Source of the DNA: Spirochaetota bacterium
GTDB lineage: Bacteria; Spirochaetota; UBA6919; CBDBPB01
Assembly (NCBI GenBank): GCA_965208615.1
Contig: CBDBPB010000004.1
Span: 192,001 to 256,000, forward strand
Direction of reading: 5' to 3'
DNA length: 64,000 bases
A model generated the notes under the pieces. It was not told the origin of the DNA. It worked only from the letters and a program-made list of their open reading frames with translations, and ran no database searches. A program made the position numbers and the translations under genes. This document shows positions 21,178 to 30,968 of the stretch, one piece after another; position 1 is the first letter of the stretch, and each line of letters opens with the position of its first letter.

Positions 21178-21897
21178 ATGAAATCGTTAAGTGTAAACAT
21201 TGATCACGTTGCAACATTAAGGCAGGCAAGGCTTATTAAATATCCATCTGTGGTTTTTGCTGCTGGGATATGTGAATTAGCCGGTGCTGATGGTATTACC
21301 TTTCACCTAAGGGAAGACCGAAGGCATATACAAGATAATGATGTTAGGTTATTAAAAGAAAGTGTTAATACAAAGTTAAACTTTGAGATGGCTGCTACTG
21401 ATGAGATGCTTAATATTGCTAAAAGTATAAAGCCCTTCCAGGTTACTCTTGTGCCAGAAAAACGTGAGGAACTTACTACTGAAGGCGGACTTAATGTTAT
21501 TAGTAGGGTTAGTGAGCTTAAAGGTTATGGTGAGGCTATAAAGGACTCAGGTATCTTTTTATGTTTATTTGTTGATCCTGACTTACGCCAAATAGAAGCC
21601 TGTAAAGAGGCTGGCTGTGATTATATAGAGATTCATACTGGTACATATTGTGATAGTACAACATTAGAAGGTCAAAACATAGAGCTTAAGAAGGTTATAA
21701 AAGCCGCTAAGTTTGCTAATGACCTCGGAATGGTTGTTACTGCTGGTCATGGTATAAACTATCACAATATAAATAGGCTTGCACAGATTAACGAGATTAA
21801 AGAATTTAGTATTGGTCATGGGATAATATCAAAGGCCATTTTTGTTGGCTTAGAGAATGCAGTTAGAGAGATGAAAAGTCTTATACAGTCCGATTAA
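21178..21897 (+). CDS. pdxJ: pyridoxine 5'-phosphate synthase
   Basis: VNIDHVATLRQAR, HLREDRRHIQ, LVPEKREELTTEGG. Confidence 0.97.
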   Translation: MKSLSVNIDHVATLRQARLIKYPSVVFAAGICELAGADGITFHLREDRRHIQDNDVRLLKESVNTKLNFEMAATDEMLNIAKSIKPFQVTLVPEKREELTTEGGLNVISRVSELKGYGEAIKDSGIFLCLFVDPDLRQIEACKEAGCDYIEIHTGTYCDSTTLEGQNIELKKVIKAAKFANDLGMVVTAGHGINYHNINRLAQINEIKEFSIGHGIISKAIFVGLENAVREMKSLIQSD

Positions 21898-22040
21898 CTT
21901 TGTTAGTCCATTATTAAATAGTATTATTTATCCCCGGCATAAAAAAGCAGGTCTAAACTTAAGATTAAAGTCCTTATAATCCCAATAGAATAGCTTTTAA
22001 TTTATTATAAAGTGTATAAGTTTAGTATAGTAATAAGAAT

Positions 22041-23054
22041 TTAATCATTTAGTTTTTCCCACTCATAAGCACTTTTACATATTAAGTCAAGGTTTTCATA
22101 TTTAGGTTTCCAGTTCATTTTATCTTTTATTTTGCTATTATTAGATATTAACTCCGCTATATCACCTGCCCTTTTTGCTGCAATATCAACTCTAAAGTCA
22201 GTATTAACAACTCTCTTTATAGCCTCTATCACCTCTTTTACGCTATACCCTTTTCCATAACCTACATTAAATATATCATTATCATTAAAATTATAAATAG
22301 CATTTATGTGAGCATCAGCCAAGTCATCCACATGTATATAATCTCTTACCCCTGTACCATCTTTTGTATTAAAATCATCTCCAAATATTAGCATTTTTTT
22401 TCTTTTGTTTGCGGCACACTCTGAAGCAACTTTTATTAAATGGGTTGCATTTGTAGAAGATTGTCCAATTCTAGGAGTTAGCTCATTTTTAGCATTATAG
22501 TTTATATCTGCACCTGCTACATTAAAATACCTAAAGATTACAAATTTAAAACTGTTATAAGCCTTAGCGGTATCTTGGATTATTTTTTCACTAATAAGTT
22601 TGCTCATTCCGTATGGATTCATGGGATTTGTTGGATAACTTTCATCTACCCCATTTTTTGGAATATTAGATGGTTCCCCATAAACAGCTGCCGTAGAAGA
22701 AAATATAAACTTTTCAACTCCATTTTCAACCGCAGATCTAACTAGATTTGTAGTATTTACAGTATTATTCATATAATATTTTAACGGATTCTCTATGGAT
22801 TCTGGTATAACAGTATTTGCAGCAAAATGTATAATGATTTTTATATTGTTATCTTTAATAACTTTGTCTATCTCATAAAACTCTTTTAAATCGAGCCTTA
22901 TAAATTTAAAAGGTTTTATCCTTTGCAATGTATTTATAGTTTTTATTTTACCAGTAGAAAGATTATCTATAACTACAAGGTTTATTTTTCTTTCGAGTAG
23001 CTGTTTAACTACATGACTCCCTATATACCCAGCACCACCTGTTATTAAAATAAT
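22041..23054 (-). CDS. galE: UDP-glucose/UDP-GlcNAc 4-epimerase with apparent ATT start
   Basis: The frame extends upstream of the track ORF to ILITGGAGYIGSH; FSSTAAVYG, YGMSK, RYFNVAGA, DGTGVRDYIHV; AGGAG lies 6 nt before ATT 23054. Confidence 0.9.
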   Translation of the reverse strand: MILITGGAGYIGSHVVKQLLERKINLVVIDNLSTGKIKTINTLQRIKPFKFIRLDLKEFYEIDKVIKDNNIKIIIHFAANTVIPESIENPLKYYMNNTVNTTNLVRSAVENGVEKFIFSSTAAVYGEPSNIPKNGVDESYPTNPMNPYGMSKLISEKIIQDTAKAYNSFKFVIFRYFNVAGADINYNAKNELTPRIGQSSTNATHLIKVASECAANKRKKMLIFGDDFNTKDGTGVRDYIHVDDLADAHINAIYNFNDNDIFNVGYGKGYSVKEVIEAIKRVVNTDFRVDIAAKRAGDIAELISNNSKIKDKMNWKPKYENLDLICKSAYEWEKLND

Positions 23055-23098
23055 ATTAATCTCCTTTTCTGTTTTAACAATTGTATTTAATAATATAC

Positions 23099-24193
23099 TT
23101 ACAAAATACTCTCATAAACTTTTTTCATATTATAAGCAGTTTTTTTCCAAGAAAAATACTTTAACCTTTCGGTTCCTTTAGATATAATTTTTTTTCTTAA
23201 TTCTTTATCTTTTAAAACTTTGTTAATACTCTCTTGCATAGACTCAATACTATAAGGATCAAAATAGACTGCACCGTCAGTAGCAATTTCTGGAAAACAA
23301 CTTGTATTACTACATACTAAAGGACATTTACAAGCAAAAGCCTCTAAAATTGGAATACCAAAACCTTCATACAAAGAAGGGAATACAAAAAGTTGTGCAT
23401 TTTTATAAAGATAAGCTAATTGTTCATCATCTAAATTATAATGATAAACTCTTTTTGATAGATTCATTGAATCTATTATTTTTTTTTCTTCATCATTAAA
23501 GCCATTACCGCCAGTACAAACTAAAGATAAGTCTAAGTGTTCCAAAAAGAGTTTTTCTAAAGCATAAAGAAATCTATTAAAGTTTTTATACATATGTCTT
23601 GCACCAACATATAAAATATATTTTGAGGGGATTTTTAGTTTTATATTGTTTAACATACTCTTATTACCAAACATACTCTGCCCATGATATACAACTTCAA
23701 TTTTCGATTGATCAATCCCAAATATTTGTACTAAATCTTTTTTTGTATTCTCTGATACAGCAATTATTTTTGTTGCTTTTTGTGTTAAATATTTTTTATA
23801 TTCTGTTGTTTTGTCATCTAAATTAAACATATCTTTAAATTTTTCATGGATCATATCATGTGCAGTGAATACAAATGGTTTATCTGTGTATTTTGTGAAA
23901 TACATATCATAATAAGTTGGGTGGAAGACGTCAAATTTTTGTCTTTTTAATTGTAATATTGAATAAATTTTATTTAGAGGATTAGTTATATGGTGATGTT
24001 TAAAATAGTTAGGCAAAAAAGAGTTTATTACTAAGTTCATTTTTGAAATATAGTAATTGTTAGATAACAATAATGATATACTTGTAGAGATATTATCAAT
24101 ATCCTTAAATTCTTTATTTAATTCATAAAAATACCTTGATATCCCCCCGTACGTTTGAGCAATAAATATTTGATGATCATAAAGTATTTTCAT
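23099..24193 (-). CDS. glycosyltransferase family 4
   Basis: MKILYDHQIF..YGGISRYF; FVFPSLYEGFGIPILEA (EX7E). Confidence 0.92.
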   Translation of the reverse strand: MKILYDHQIFIAQTYGGISRYFYELNKEFKDIDNISTSISLLLSNNYYISKMNLVINSFLPNYFKHHHITNPLNKIYSILQLKRQKFDVFHPTYYDMYFTKYTDKPFVFTAHDMIHEKFKDMFNLDDKTTEYKKYLTQKATKIIAVSENTKKDLVQIFGIDQSKIEVVYHGQSMFGNKSMLNNIKLKIPSKYILYVGARHMYKNFNRFLYALEKLFLEHLDLSLVCTGGNGFNDEEKKIIDSMNLSKRVYHYNLDDEQLAYLYKNAQLFVFPSLYEGFGIPILEAFACKCPLVCSNTSCFPEIATDGAVYFDPYSIESMQESINKVLKDKELRKKIISKGTERLKYFSWKKTAYNMKKVYESIL

Positions 24194-24194
24194 T
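24164..24194. repeat. 31-bp direct repeat, copy 1 (5' end of the GT4 gene)
   Basis: AAATATTTGATGATCATAAAGTATTTTCATT, identical to 25170..25200. Confidence 0.95.
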
Positions 24195-24196
24195 AT

Positions 24197-25142
24197 TTAT
24201 AACTCCTTAGATTCTATTAAAGACTTAAGTTTGACTTTTGTATTTGTTTCCATATTTATAAGTTCCATTTCTTTAATTAGATTTAATCCTTGCTTAGCTC
24301 TAATATATGTAAGATTTCCTTCCTTATCTCGTGATTGTCTTGCCTTTAGTTCAACAAATGAATCTACAGGTGTAGTAATTAGTTCTTTAATATATTTTTC
24401 AGCATATTCTTTCTTAACAAAAAAAGCATCATTTCCTGCTTCTGTACAACCTATATATTCATAGCCTTTGCTTTTAGCAAGAGAGTATAAAGCTTGGATT
24501 GAAGCTCCAAAGTATAAACCAGAATAATGTTTTTTAGTTCTTAGAAAATTGTCATCATATGGTACTGTTAATTGTAGTTTATTTCCAAATATCCAATTAT
24601 ATTCACAAATAACTATCACTGGGTTAATCGATTTAATAGACTTCCAAATATAGTAATCATTACCGTCAATATCAATACTGAGTAATCCTATCTCTTTATT
24701 AAACCCACTACAATTAATATACTCTGAAATAACAGGATCTATATTATCTTTTGTAATAAAAAGTTCTCTTGCTAATAAATCATATTTCCAGTAAAAGTCG
24801 CTATTTTTTATATAATATATATTATTAGCTGAGCTGTCTAAAACAAAACCAAACCAATTGTCATTTTCAAGTAAAAACTTTGTATTAGCCTCCTCATAAT
24901 TAGATACACCAAACTCTATAAATACCTTATTTTCTATTGGTAGTTTATTAATAAGATATTGAATAATGCCATCTTCACCCCATTGTGAAAATATTTTAAA
25001 TTCTATTTCTTTTAAAGAATTAATCTTTTTCTTTCTAAACATATTAGAAAGTATTTTTCCCTGATTAATTAAAATTTGCTTAGTATAGTGTGTTTGGTTT
25101 AAAAATAATTTATTACTAACTTTTTTTTATTATACTTAGCAT
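24197..25142 (-). CDS. glycan-cluster conserved protein (methyltransferase-like fold); ATG 25142 is out of frame by one extra A in an A8 tract
   Basis: FSQWGEDGII, FIEFGV, LLSIDIDGNDY motifs. Track ORF is 24197..25042. The upstream ATG 25142 with AGGGG RBS joins the frame if A8 (25121-25128) is A7. Confidence 0.75.
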
Positions 25143-25169
25143 TTAGTACCCCTATATATTTTATTAATA

Positions 25170-25200
25170 AAATATTTGATGATCATAAAGTATTTTCATT
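25170..25200. repeat. 31-bp direct repeat, copy 2 (encodes stranded MKILYDHQIFY*)
   Basis: Identical to 24164..24194; its ATG overlaps the TGA of the upstream methyltransferase. Confidence 0.95.
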
Positions 25201-25963
25201 CCTGACTCATTTTTATGTGGTCATCCCAGGTTTTACTTTTGAGTTTTTTTATAAACAAACTATAAAAATTAAATCTATCAAGCCTTAAAATATATTTTGT
25301 ATAAATTGCTAAACGCTTTTTTGTTATTAAGTGAAAACCATTTAAATTGTAATAATAAAGTTTATACTTATTTGCTATAAATCTTAAAGCTTTTTCACTA
25401 TAAAAAGAAATATGCTGTCCATGTTCAAGTCCGTAATACCACCAGTCTTTTGGCTTTGGTATAGGATTTGCTAAAAGCTCAGTTGTAAAAATAATATTAT
25501 CAGAAATATCTAATAATTTTTCTATTTCTTTTATAGGATTTACAAAATGTTCAAAACTTTCAAAAGTTGTTATAGCCTCTATAGTACAACCTGTATTTAC
25601 GAACTCAAAGCCTTTAGCAAAAAGGTTTTGAGTATATAAATCATCCCAATAAAAATCAAACCCTATATCTCTCATTAATCTAACAAACATACCGTATCCA
25701 CCAGCATAATCTATATATTTTCCATTTTTATTAAAAAAAAGAACTAATAAGGTAGCTAATCCTTTAGATAGCTCTAAATTTCGTCGTATATAACCAGTAT
25801 CTGATAGATTTATAGATTCACTATAAGCCTCTTTAAGCCAGTATGGTTCTTCAGTTTGTAAAAAACCACAATCCCCGCAATGAAAGTATTTTATATCATA
25901 CTTATTTAATATCTTTCCATCAAATATATAGTTGGTTTTTTTAGTACATACTTTGCAATTCAT
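25196..25963 (-). CDS. class I SAM-dependent methyltransferase with N-terminal CxxC/CxxC zinc-ribbon-like motif
   Basis: MNCKVC...HCGDCG; IDYAGGYG (motif I); TTFESFEHF. Confidence 0.85.
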   Translation of the reverse strand: MNCKVCTKKTNYIFDGKILNKYDIKYFHCGDCGFLQTEEPYWLKEAYSESINLSDTGYIRRNLELSKGLATLLVLFFNKNGKYIDYAGGYGMFVRLMRDIGFDFYWDDLYTQNLFAKGFEFVNTGCTIEAITTFESFEHFVNPIKEIEKLLDISDNIIFTTELLANPIPKPKDWWYYGLEHGQHISFYSEKALRFIANKYKLYYYNLNGFHLITKKRLAIYTKYILRLDRFNFYSLFIKKLKSKTWDDHIKMSQE

Positions 25964-27153
25964 GTTATTATTTCTTTAACTATGTTCATTAGCTTTTCAT
26001 AATATTTCTCTTGTGTATTATGTTTTAGAACATATTGATAATTTAAATATTGTAATTTAATTATTTCATCATTTGTTAATTTTAATGCATTTTTTACAGC
26101 CATATCTATTCCCCTATTATCATAACTATCTATCCATATCTCACTACCTGTTGAAATACTGGTCTCTTTAGTTATAATTGGTATAAGCCCTCCATTGCCT
26201 ATAGCTGTTAATACGGATGGAGCACCACCTTCTGAGCAAGAGGGAAGAATAACAAAAGAAGAGCTTTTTAATATATCACAAAATGTATCGCTAGCAATAT
26301 CTATAAAACCGTGAACAATTATATTGGGAGTATTAAATAACTCATTTTTATATACATTAACAAATTCTCTTTCATTATTTATTAGTCCGCATATATGAAG
26401 TGTTAAATCAGTGTTTTTATAAAAGTAATCCAAGAGCAAATCTAAACCTTTATGAACTAATCCTGCACTACCAAACCAAAGAAAACTTTTATTTGCTTCT
26501 TTTGATCTATTTTTTATAATTTCTTCAGCATTTTGAGTTTTAAAGAATAGACATGCTAGACTATAGACTCTACCATCATAATACTTTCTATAGCTATCTG
26601 CGCATACATTATTACCAAGTGCTATTATTGCATCAACTAAAGTTGTTTGATGTGACCATGTTTTTTCAACAAATCTTGCAGATTTACCAAGCCAAACATT
26701 TCTTTTATGATAAACATCTTTAACTCTATTTAAGCTAGCATGGTTTTGATGGCAAACATGCATTCCTCCGCCATAATAAATTGTAGTAATATGTTTGTTT
26801 ATATTGCTTTCAAAATAAGTTTGGAATACATCACCAAAACCCAATATTAAATCATATTTTGCTAATTCTAATTTTCTTTCACGTCTAAAGTCTATAATAT
26901 CAACATTATACCCTAATTCAAAAAGTATTTTAGCCCAACTTCTTGCTTCATAACAATTAGTATGATAAATATATTGTTTTTTAAATGGCAAAGTTATATA
27001 CGATAACAATGCATTTTTATCATAATTTGTACTGTAATAATTAAGAATAATTTCTCTATTTATTAAGTATTCATCAAAGTACCCCTTAATATTGCTCAAA
27101 ATATAAAATAGACGTGGGAAGTACTTTTTTATAAATAACTTTAAAAGTTTCAT
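25960..27153 (-). CDS. glycosyltransferase (GT-B)
   Basis: WFGSAGLVHKGLDLLL, ILPSCSEGG; context in the glycan cluster. Confidence 0.8.
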   Translation of the reverse strand: MKLLKLFIKKYFPRLFYILSNIKGYFDEYLINREIILNYYSTNYDKNALLSYITLPFKKQYIYHTNCYEARSWAKILFELGYNVDIIDFRRERKLELAKYDLILGFGDVFQTYFESNINKHITTIYYGGGMHVCHQNHASLNRVKDVYHKRNVWLGKSARFVEKTWSHQTTLVDAIIALGNNVCADSYRKYYDGRVYSLACLFFKTQNAEEIIKNRSKEANKSFLWFGSAGLVHKGLDLLLDYFYKNTDLTLHICGLINNEREFVNVYKNELFNTPNIIVHGFIDIASDTFCDILKSSSFVILPSCSEGGAPSVLTAIGNGGLIPIITKETSISTGSEIWIDSYDNRGIDMAVKNALKLTNDEIIKLQYLNYQYVLKHNTQEKYYEKLMNIVKEIIT

Positions 27154-27281
27154 TTAAATATTTTTTTAAAAAACCTTATAGTTCTGTTAGCAAAAGTTCT
27201 AATAAAGATAGCAAAAAGTACTCTAAAAGTTTAAGTATTTTTACATTTATCAAAAAAAGCAATTTAACAAATACATTATAG

Positions 27282-28658
27282 CTATGCCAACTTAGACATA
27301 GATAATTCTAATATATCACATACTTTGTCTATATCAGCCGGGGTTATAATAACAGGTACTAAAAAACGTATCCTAACAGGATTAGAACCAGCAATAAAGC
27401 AAATAATACCGTCGTCAAACAAGGTCTTTGCCAGTTTAGTAGCGATATTCATGGTTCCATCAAAGGGAGTAAAGGCTATCATTAAGCCAAAACCAAAAGG
27501 TCCAGCTATCCAATGAGGATGCCTATTTTTAATATCCATAAGCCTCTTTACAAAATAATTATGCAGTATGGCTATTTTACCATTATCCCCAAAATAATTA
27601 TTAGTAGAAAGCTCATCCAAAAGCATATTAGCCACCCTAATAGCCCCTGTACTAGACGTATACGTTTGACTAACTAGTCCAGGTTTAGGCTTTAAATCAT
27701 CCGTAAATAAAGTGGCACAAACTTGAGTCATTTTTCCAACAGTGATAACGTCAACATAATCATCCAAAGCAAAGTGCTGAAAAGCGAAAGGTAAATATGT
27801 CCTTGCAAAAGTTTGTATTTCATCCACCATGACAATTATGTTATTCTCTTTTAATACTTTAATTAGCTCAAGGAAAAAGTTATGGTCACCAGGATAAAAC
27901 CCACCCTCACCCTGAACCATCTCAAAACACATAAGAGCATGATCATTAGGATACCTTTTAATACAATTCCTCAAAGCCTTAATAGCCCTATCAATAGAGC
28001 CCTTAGGATCACAATAATCAAAAAATGGGATATAATCCACATCCAGAGTGTGGGGTAATCCAACTCTGCTCTTAGGCCTGTCTGTAAGCTGAGATAAAGC
28101 TAAAGTCCTACCCATAAAGCATCCCTCAAATGCCAGTATACGCTTTTTAGGATACTGTTTCTGAAATACAATTTTTAAGGCATTTTCATTAGCCATTGCA
28201 CCACTAGTCGTTAAAAAACAATGACTAAACCTATGATTCCCGCGATTAGCCAGCCTAATAAACCGTTTTGATAGTTCATAACTAATAATATCCTGCTGTA
28301 AATTACCCTGCATAACCGTATCAGAAACAGAAGAGTCAAGCATAGCCTCTATAACCTTAAGATTACTATGACCAAAATAATGAACCCCAATACCCGTTAT
28401 AAAATCATATTTAACACTTCCATCAAGAAGCTCAACCAATGAACCACTACCAAGACCACTAGTAATATACGGATAATAAAGTCCTGATCCGCGAATATTA
28501 GAAAAATCATCTATAATATTAAGATAATCATCCACTAAGTCGCTCTCAGAAGGCTTAATATCGACTATCTTAGCTGAGTAGTCCTTCACAACGGATAATA
28601 TAAGCTCCTTAGCCCTAATATACCGTTGGTCAGACAGTATAAGCTCCAAACTATTCAT
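27282..28658 (-). CDS. class III PLP aminotransferase (acetyl/succinyl-ornithine or lysine aminotransferase-like)
   Basis: DFITGIGV, GAMANENALK, EMVQGEGG, VDEIQT, TVGK. Confidence 0.85.
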   Translation of the reverse strand: MNSLELILSDQRYIRAKELILSVVKDYSAKIVDIKPSESDLVDDYLNIIDDFSNIRGSGLYYPYITSGLGSGSLVELLDGSVKYDFITGIGVHYFGHSNLKVIEAMLDSSVSDTVMQGNLQQDIISYELSKRFIRLANRGNHRFSHCFLTTSGAMANENALKIVFQKQYPKKRILAFEGCFMGRTLALSQLTDRPKSRVGLPHTLDVDYIPFFDYCDPKGSIDRAIKALRNCIKRYPNDHALMCFEMVQGEGGFYPGDHNFFLELIKVLKENNIIVMVDEIQTFARTYLPFAFQHFALDDYVDVITVGKMTQVCATLFTDDLKPKPGLVSQTYTSSTGAIRVANMLLDELSTNNYFGDNGKIAILHNYFVKRLMDIKNRHPHWIAGPFGFGLMIAFTPFDGTMNIATKLAKTLFDDGIICFIAGSNPVRIRFLVPVIITPADIDKVCDILELSMSKLA

Positions 28659-29857
28659 AGTAATCCCTTAAAATCTCCATTGGCTAACCTCGTCAAAAAT
28701 ATAGTAGTTAACTTAGTCCGCTCAACTAAACTGTCTATATAAAGAAACTCATCCCCGCTATGAATGCCGCTTCCCATAGCTCCCATGGTATCCACAACGG
28801 GTATACCCATACTGGATATTATATTACCATCACATACCCCACCAGTATGAGTCCAAGTAATGCGTTCACCCAAGCTATTAGCGGTATCAGTTATAGCCCT
28901 TTGCAAGTTTTTAGTTTTTTCATCAATATGCTTAGGAGGACGTAAAAATATACCATCCACTTCTATCTTAACAGACCTATTTTTATAATCCCTAATTAGA
29001 CCATCTAAAAACGACTCCACATAGCTAACATCATCAGAACTTCCCACCCTAATATTAAAAGCACATCCAGCTCTATCAGGTACTACATTAGTCACTCCCC
29101 CGCCTTTAACTGAACCTACATTCACTGTTAAGCCATCCCTCTTACCCGTTAGACTGGACAATTTTAATATAATCTCAGATAAAATATCTATGGCATTAAT
29201 ACCAAGATGATGTTCCCTACCTGCATGAGCAGATTTACCATGAACTACTAAGGTAAAATTAGCTGATCCTTTTCTGGATATAACCATTGATCCGTCGGAT
29301 AAACAAGGCTCATAAACCAATGCCAATAAAGAATCCTTAGAAAGCTCCTTAAAAAACTTTGCACTTCCAATTGAACCTATTTCTTCATCAGGGTTTATAA
29401 ATATGTCCCAGCCTAAACTATTAGCATATTCACTATGCTCAAATGCCATTAGGGACATTAACATGATTATAATACCCGACTTTGCATCCAGTACCCCAGG
29501 CCCCCTTAATATATCTGCGGACTCGCTAACAGGAAAATCGTAAGACTCCAAAAAAACTGTATCGTAGTGAATGGATAAAAATATCCTCTTAGGACTATCT
29601 AATCGCTTATACCCTCTAATAGCCCTACCCAGCTTAATATTATGACGCTTACCATCCATACCAAGACTATTAAAACTATCCAAATCCAGATAATAACACT
29701 TATCACTAATCTCGCTAATAAAACGATACAGCAACTCAGCTAACTTGTTAAGACCAGATATATTAAAAGAATGAGTGTTAATATTAGCCCACTCTTTTAA
29801 CAAATCCAGCATATAACCTTTTTGACCGTCAATCCAATCTAATATTTTATTCTTCAT
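28655..29857 (-). CDS. M20 family metallo-hydrolase (glutamate carboxypeptidase/deacylase-like)
   Basis: HYDTV, GPGVLDAKSG, PDEEIGS, GKSAHAG, GGVCDGN, IHSGDE. Confidence 0.88.
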   Translation of the reverse strand: MKNKILDWIDGQKGYMLDLLKEWANINTHSFNISGLNKLAELLYRFISEISDKCYYLDLDSFNSLGMDGKRHNIKLGRAIRGYKRLDSPKRIFLSIHYDTVFLESYDFPVSESADILRGPGVLDAKSGIIIMLMSLMAFEHSEYANSLGWDIFINPDEEIGSIGSAKFFKELSKDSLLALVYEPCLSDGSMVISRKGSANFTLVVHGKSAHAGREHHLGINAIDILSEIILKLSSLTGKRDGLTVNVGSVKGGGVTNVVPDRAGCAFNIRVGSSDDVSYVESFLDGLIRDYKNRSVKIEVDGIFLRPPKHIDEKTKNLQRAITDTANSLGERITWTHTGGVCDGNIISSMGIPVVDTMGAMGSGIHSGDEFLYIDSLVERTKLTTIFLTRLANGDFKGLL

Positions 29858-29986
29858 TATAATCAAGCAAAATGATAAATTTTATCAATTTGTATTCCAA
29901 ATCCAATACCTTATACTTTACTGTCATCCTGTCCTCCGTAACTATAACACAAGGATAGCCAACGTCATAGAAATACATTTATTTTG

Positions 29987-30015
29987 TTGACATATCTATT
30001 TTATAATGCTACTTT
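29987..30015 (+). promoter_or_regulatory. putative sigma70 promoter TTGACA-N17-TACTTT with extended TG
   Basis: Perfect -35, upstream of the VIT1 gene. Confidence 0.45.
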
Positions 30016-30085
30016 TAATAAGTTTACATATTTGTTACCCATAATCAACAAATATATAATAAATAAAATCTAAAAAAGAGATAAC

Positions 30086-30967
30086 ATGAACTATAACGGA
30101 TACCACATTAGCAAAGATACCCTTAAGGATATTATTAAATCACAAAAAAATGAAATTACCGAATTCTTATTGTACTCAAAACTTGCCAGTACTACTAAAG
30201 ATCAACAAAATAAAAAAGTATTAATAGAAATAGCCAAAGATGAACTTAGACATTATAGATTTTGGAAAAAAATATCAAAGAAAAAACTAAAACCCAATAA
30301 CATAAAAATATTCATATATTACTGGATAGCTAAAATATTTGGACTCACCTTCGGTGTAAAACTAATGGAAAAAGGTGAGGCTAAAGCACAAATATTATAC
30401 AATCACATCGCAAAAGAAATACCAGAGGTAAAAGAAATAGCTAAAGAAGAGGATATCCACGAAAAAGAATTGCTAAAATTAATAAACGAAGATAGACTAA
30501 AATACGTAGGATCAGTAGTACTAGGCCTAAATGATGCCCTTGTAGAGCTAACAGGTACACTAGCAGGACTAACCTTTGCACTACAAAAAACTAAACTAAT
30601 AGCCATAATAGGACTAATAACAGGTATAGCGGCTTCACTATCTATGGCGTCATCAGAGTATTTATCAACCAAATCAGACGGTGGAAGTAAGCATCCTATA
30701 AAATCATCTCTCTATACAGGAGTAGCCTATATAATTACAGTATTCCTTTTGATAATACCGTATTTACTACTAGATAACTACCTATTATGCTTATCCATAA
30801 CGGTTTTAAACGCCATATTAATAATTATTATATTTAACTTTTACATATCCATTGCAAAAGACCTTCCATTCAAAAAAAGGCTAACAGAAATGATCCTAAT
30901 CAGCATAAGCGTAACTATAATATCATTTGCCATAGGCTACCTAATTAGACTAAATATAGACCTATAA
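30086..30967 (+). CDS. rubrerythrin-like/VIT1-CCC1 iron transporter family protein
   Basis: N-terminal ferritin-like ExxH motifs (DELRH, EEDIH); VLGLNDALVE and SLSMASSEYLS VIT1 motifs. Confidence 0.9.
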   Translation: MNYNGYHISKDTLKDIIKSQKNEITEFLLYSKLASTTKDQQNKKVLIEIAKDELRHYRFWKKISKKKLKPNNIKIFIYYWIAKIFGLTFGVKLMEKGEAKAQILYNHIAKEIPEVKEIAKEEDIHEKELLKLINEDRLKYVGSVVLGLNDALVELTGTLAGLTFALQKTKLIAIIGLITGIAASLSMASSEYLSTKSDGGSKHPIKSSLYTGVAYIITVFLLIIPYLLLDNYLLCLSITVLNAILIIIIFNFYISIAKDLPFKKRLTEMILISISVTIISFAIGYLIRLNIDL

Positions 30968-30968
30968 T

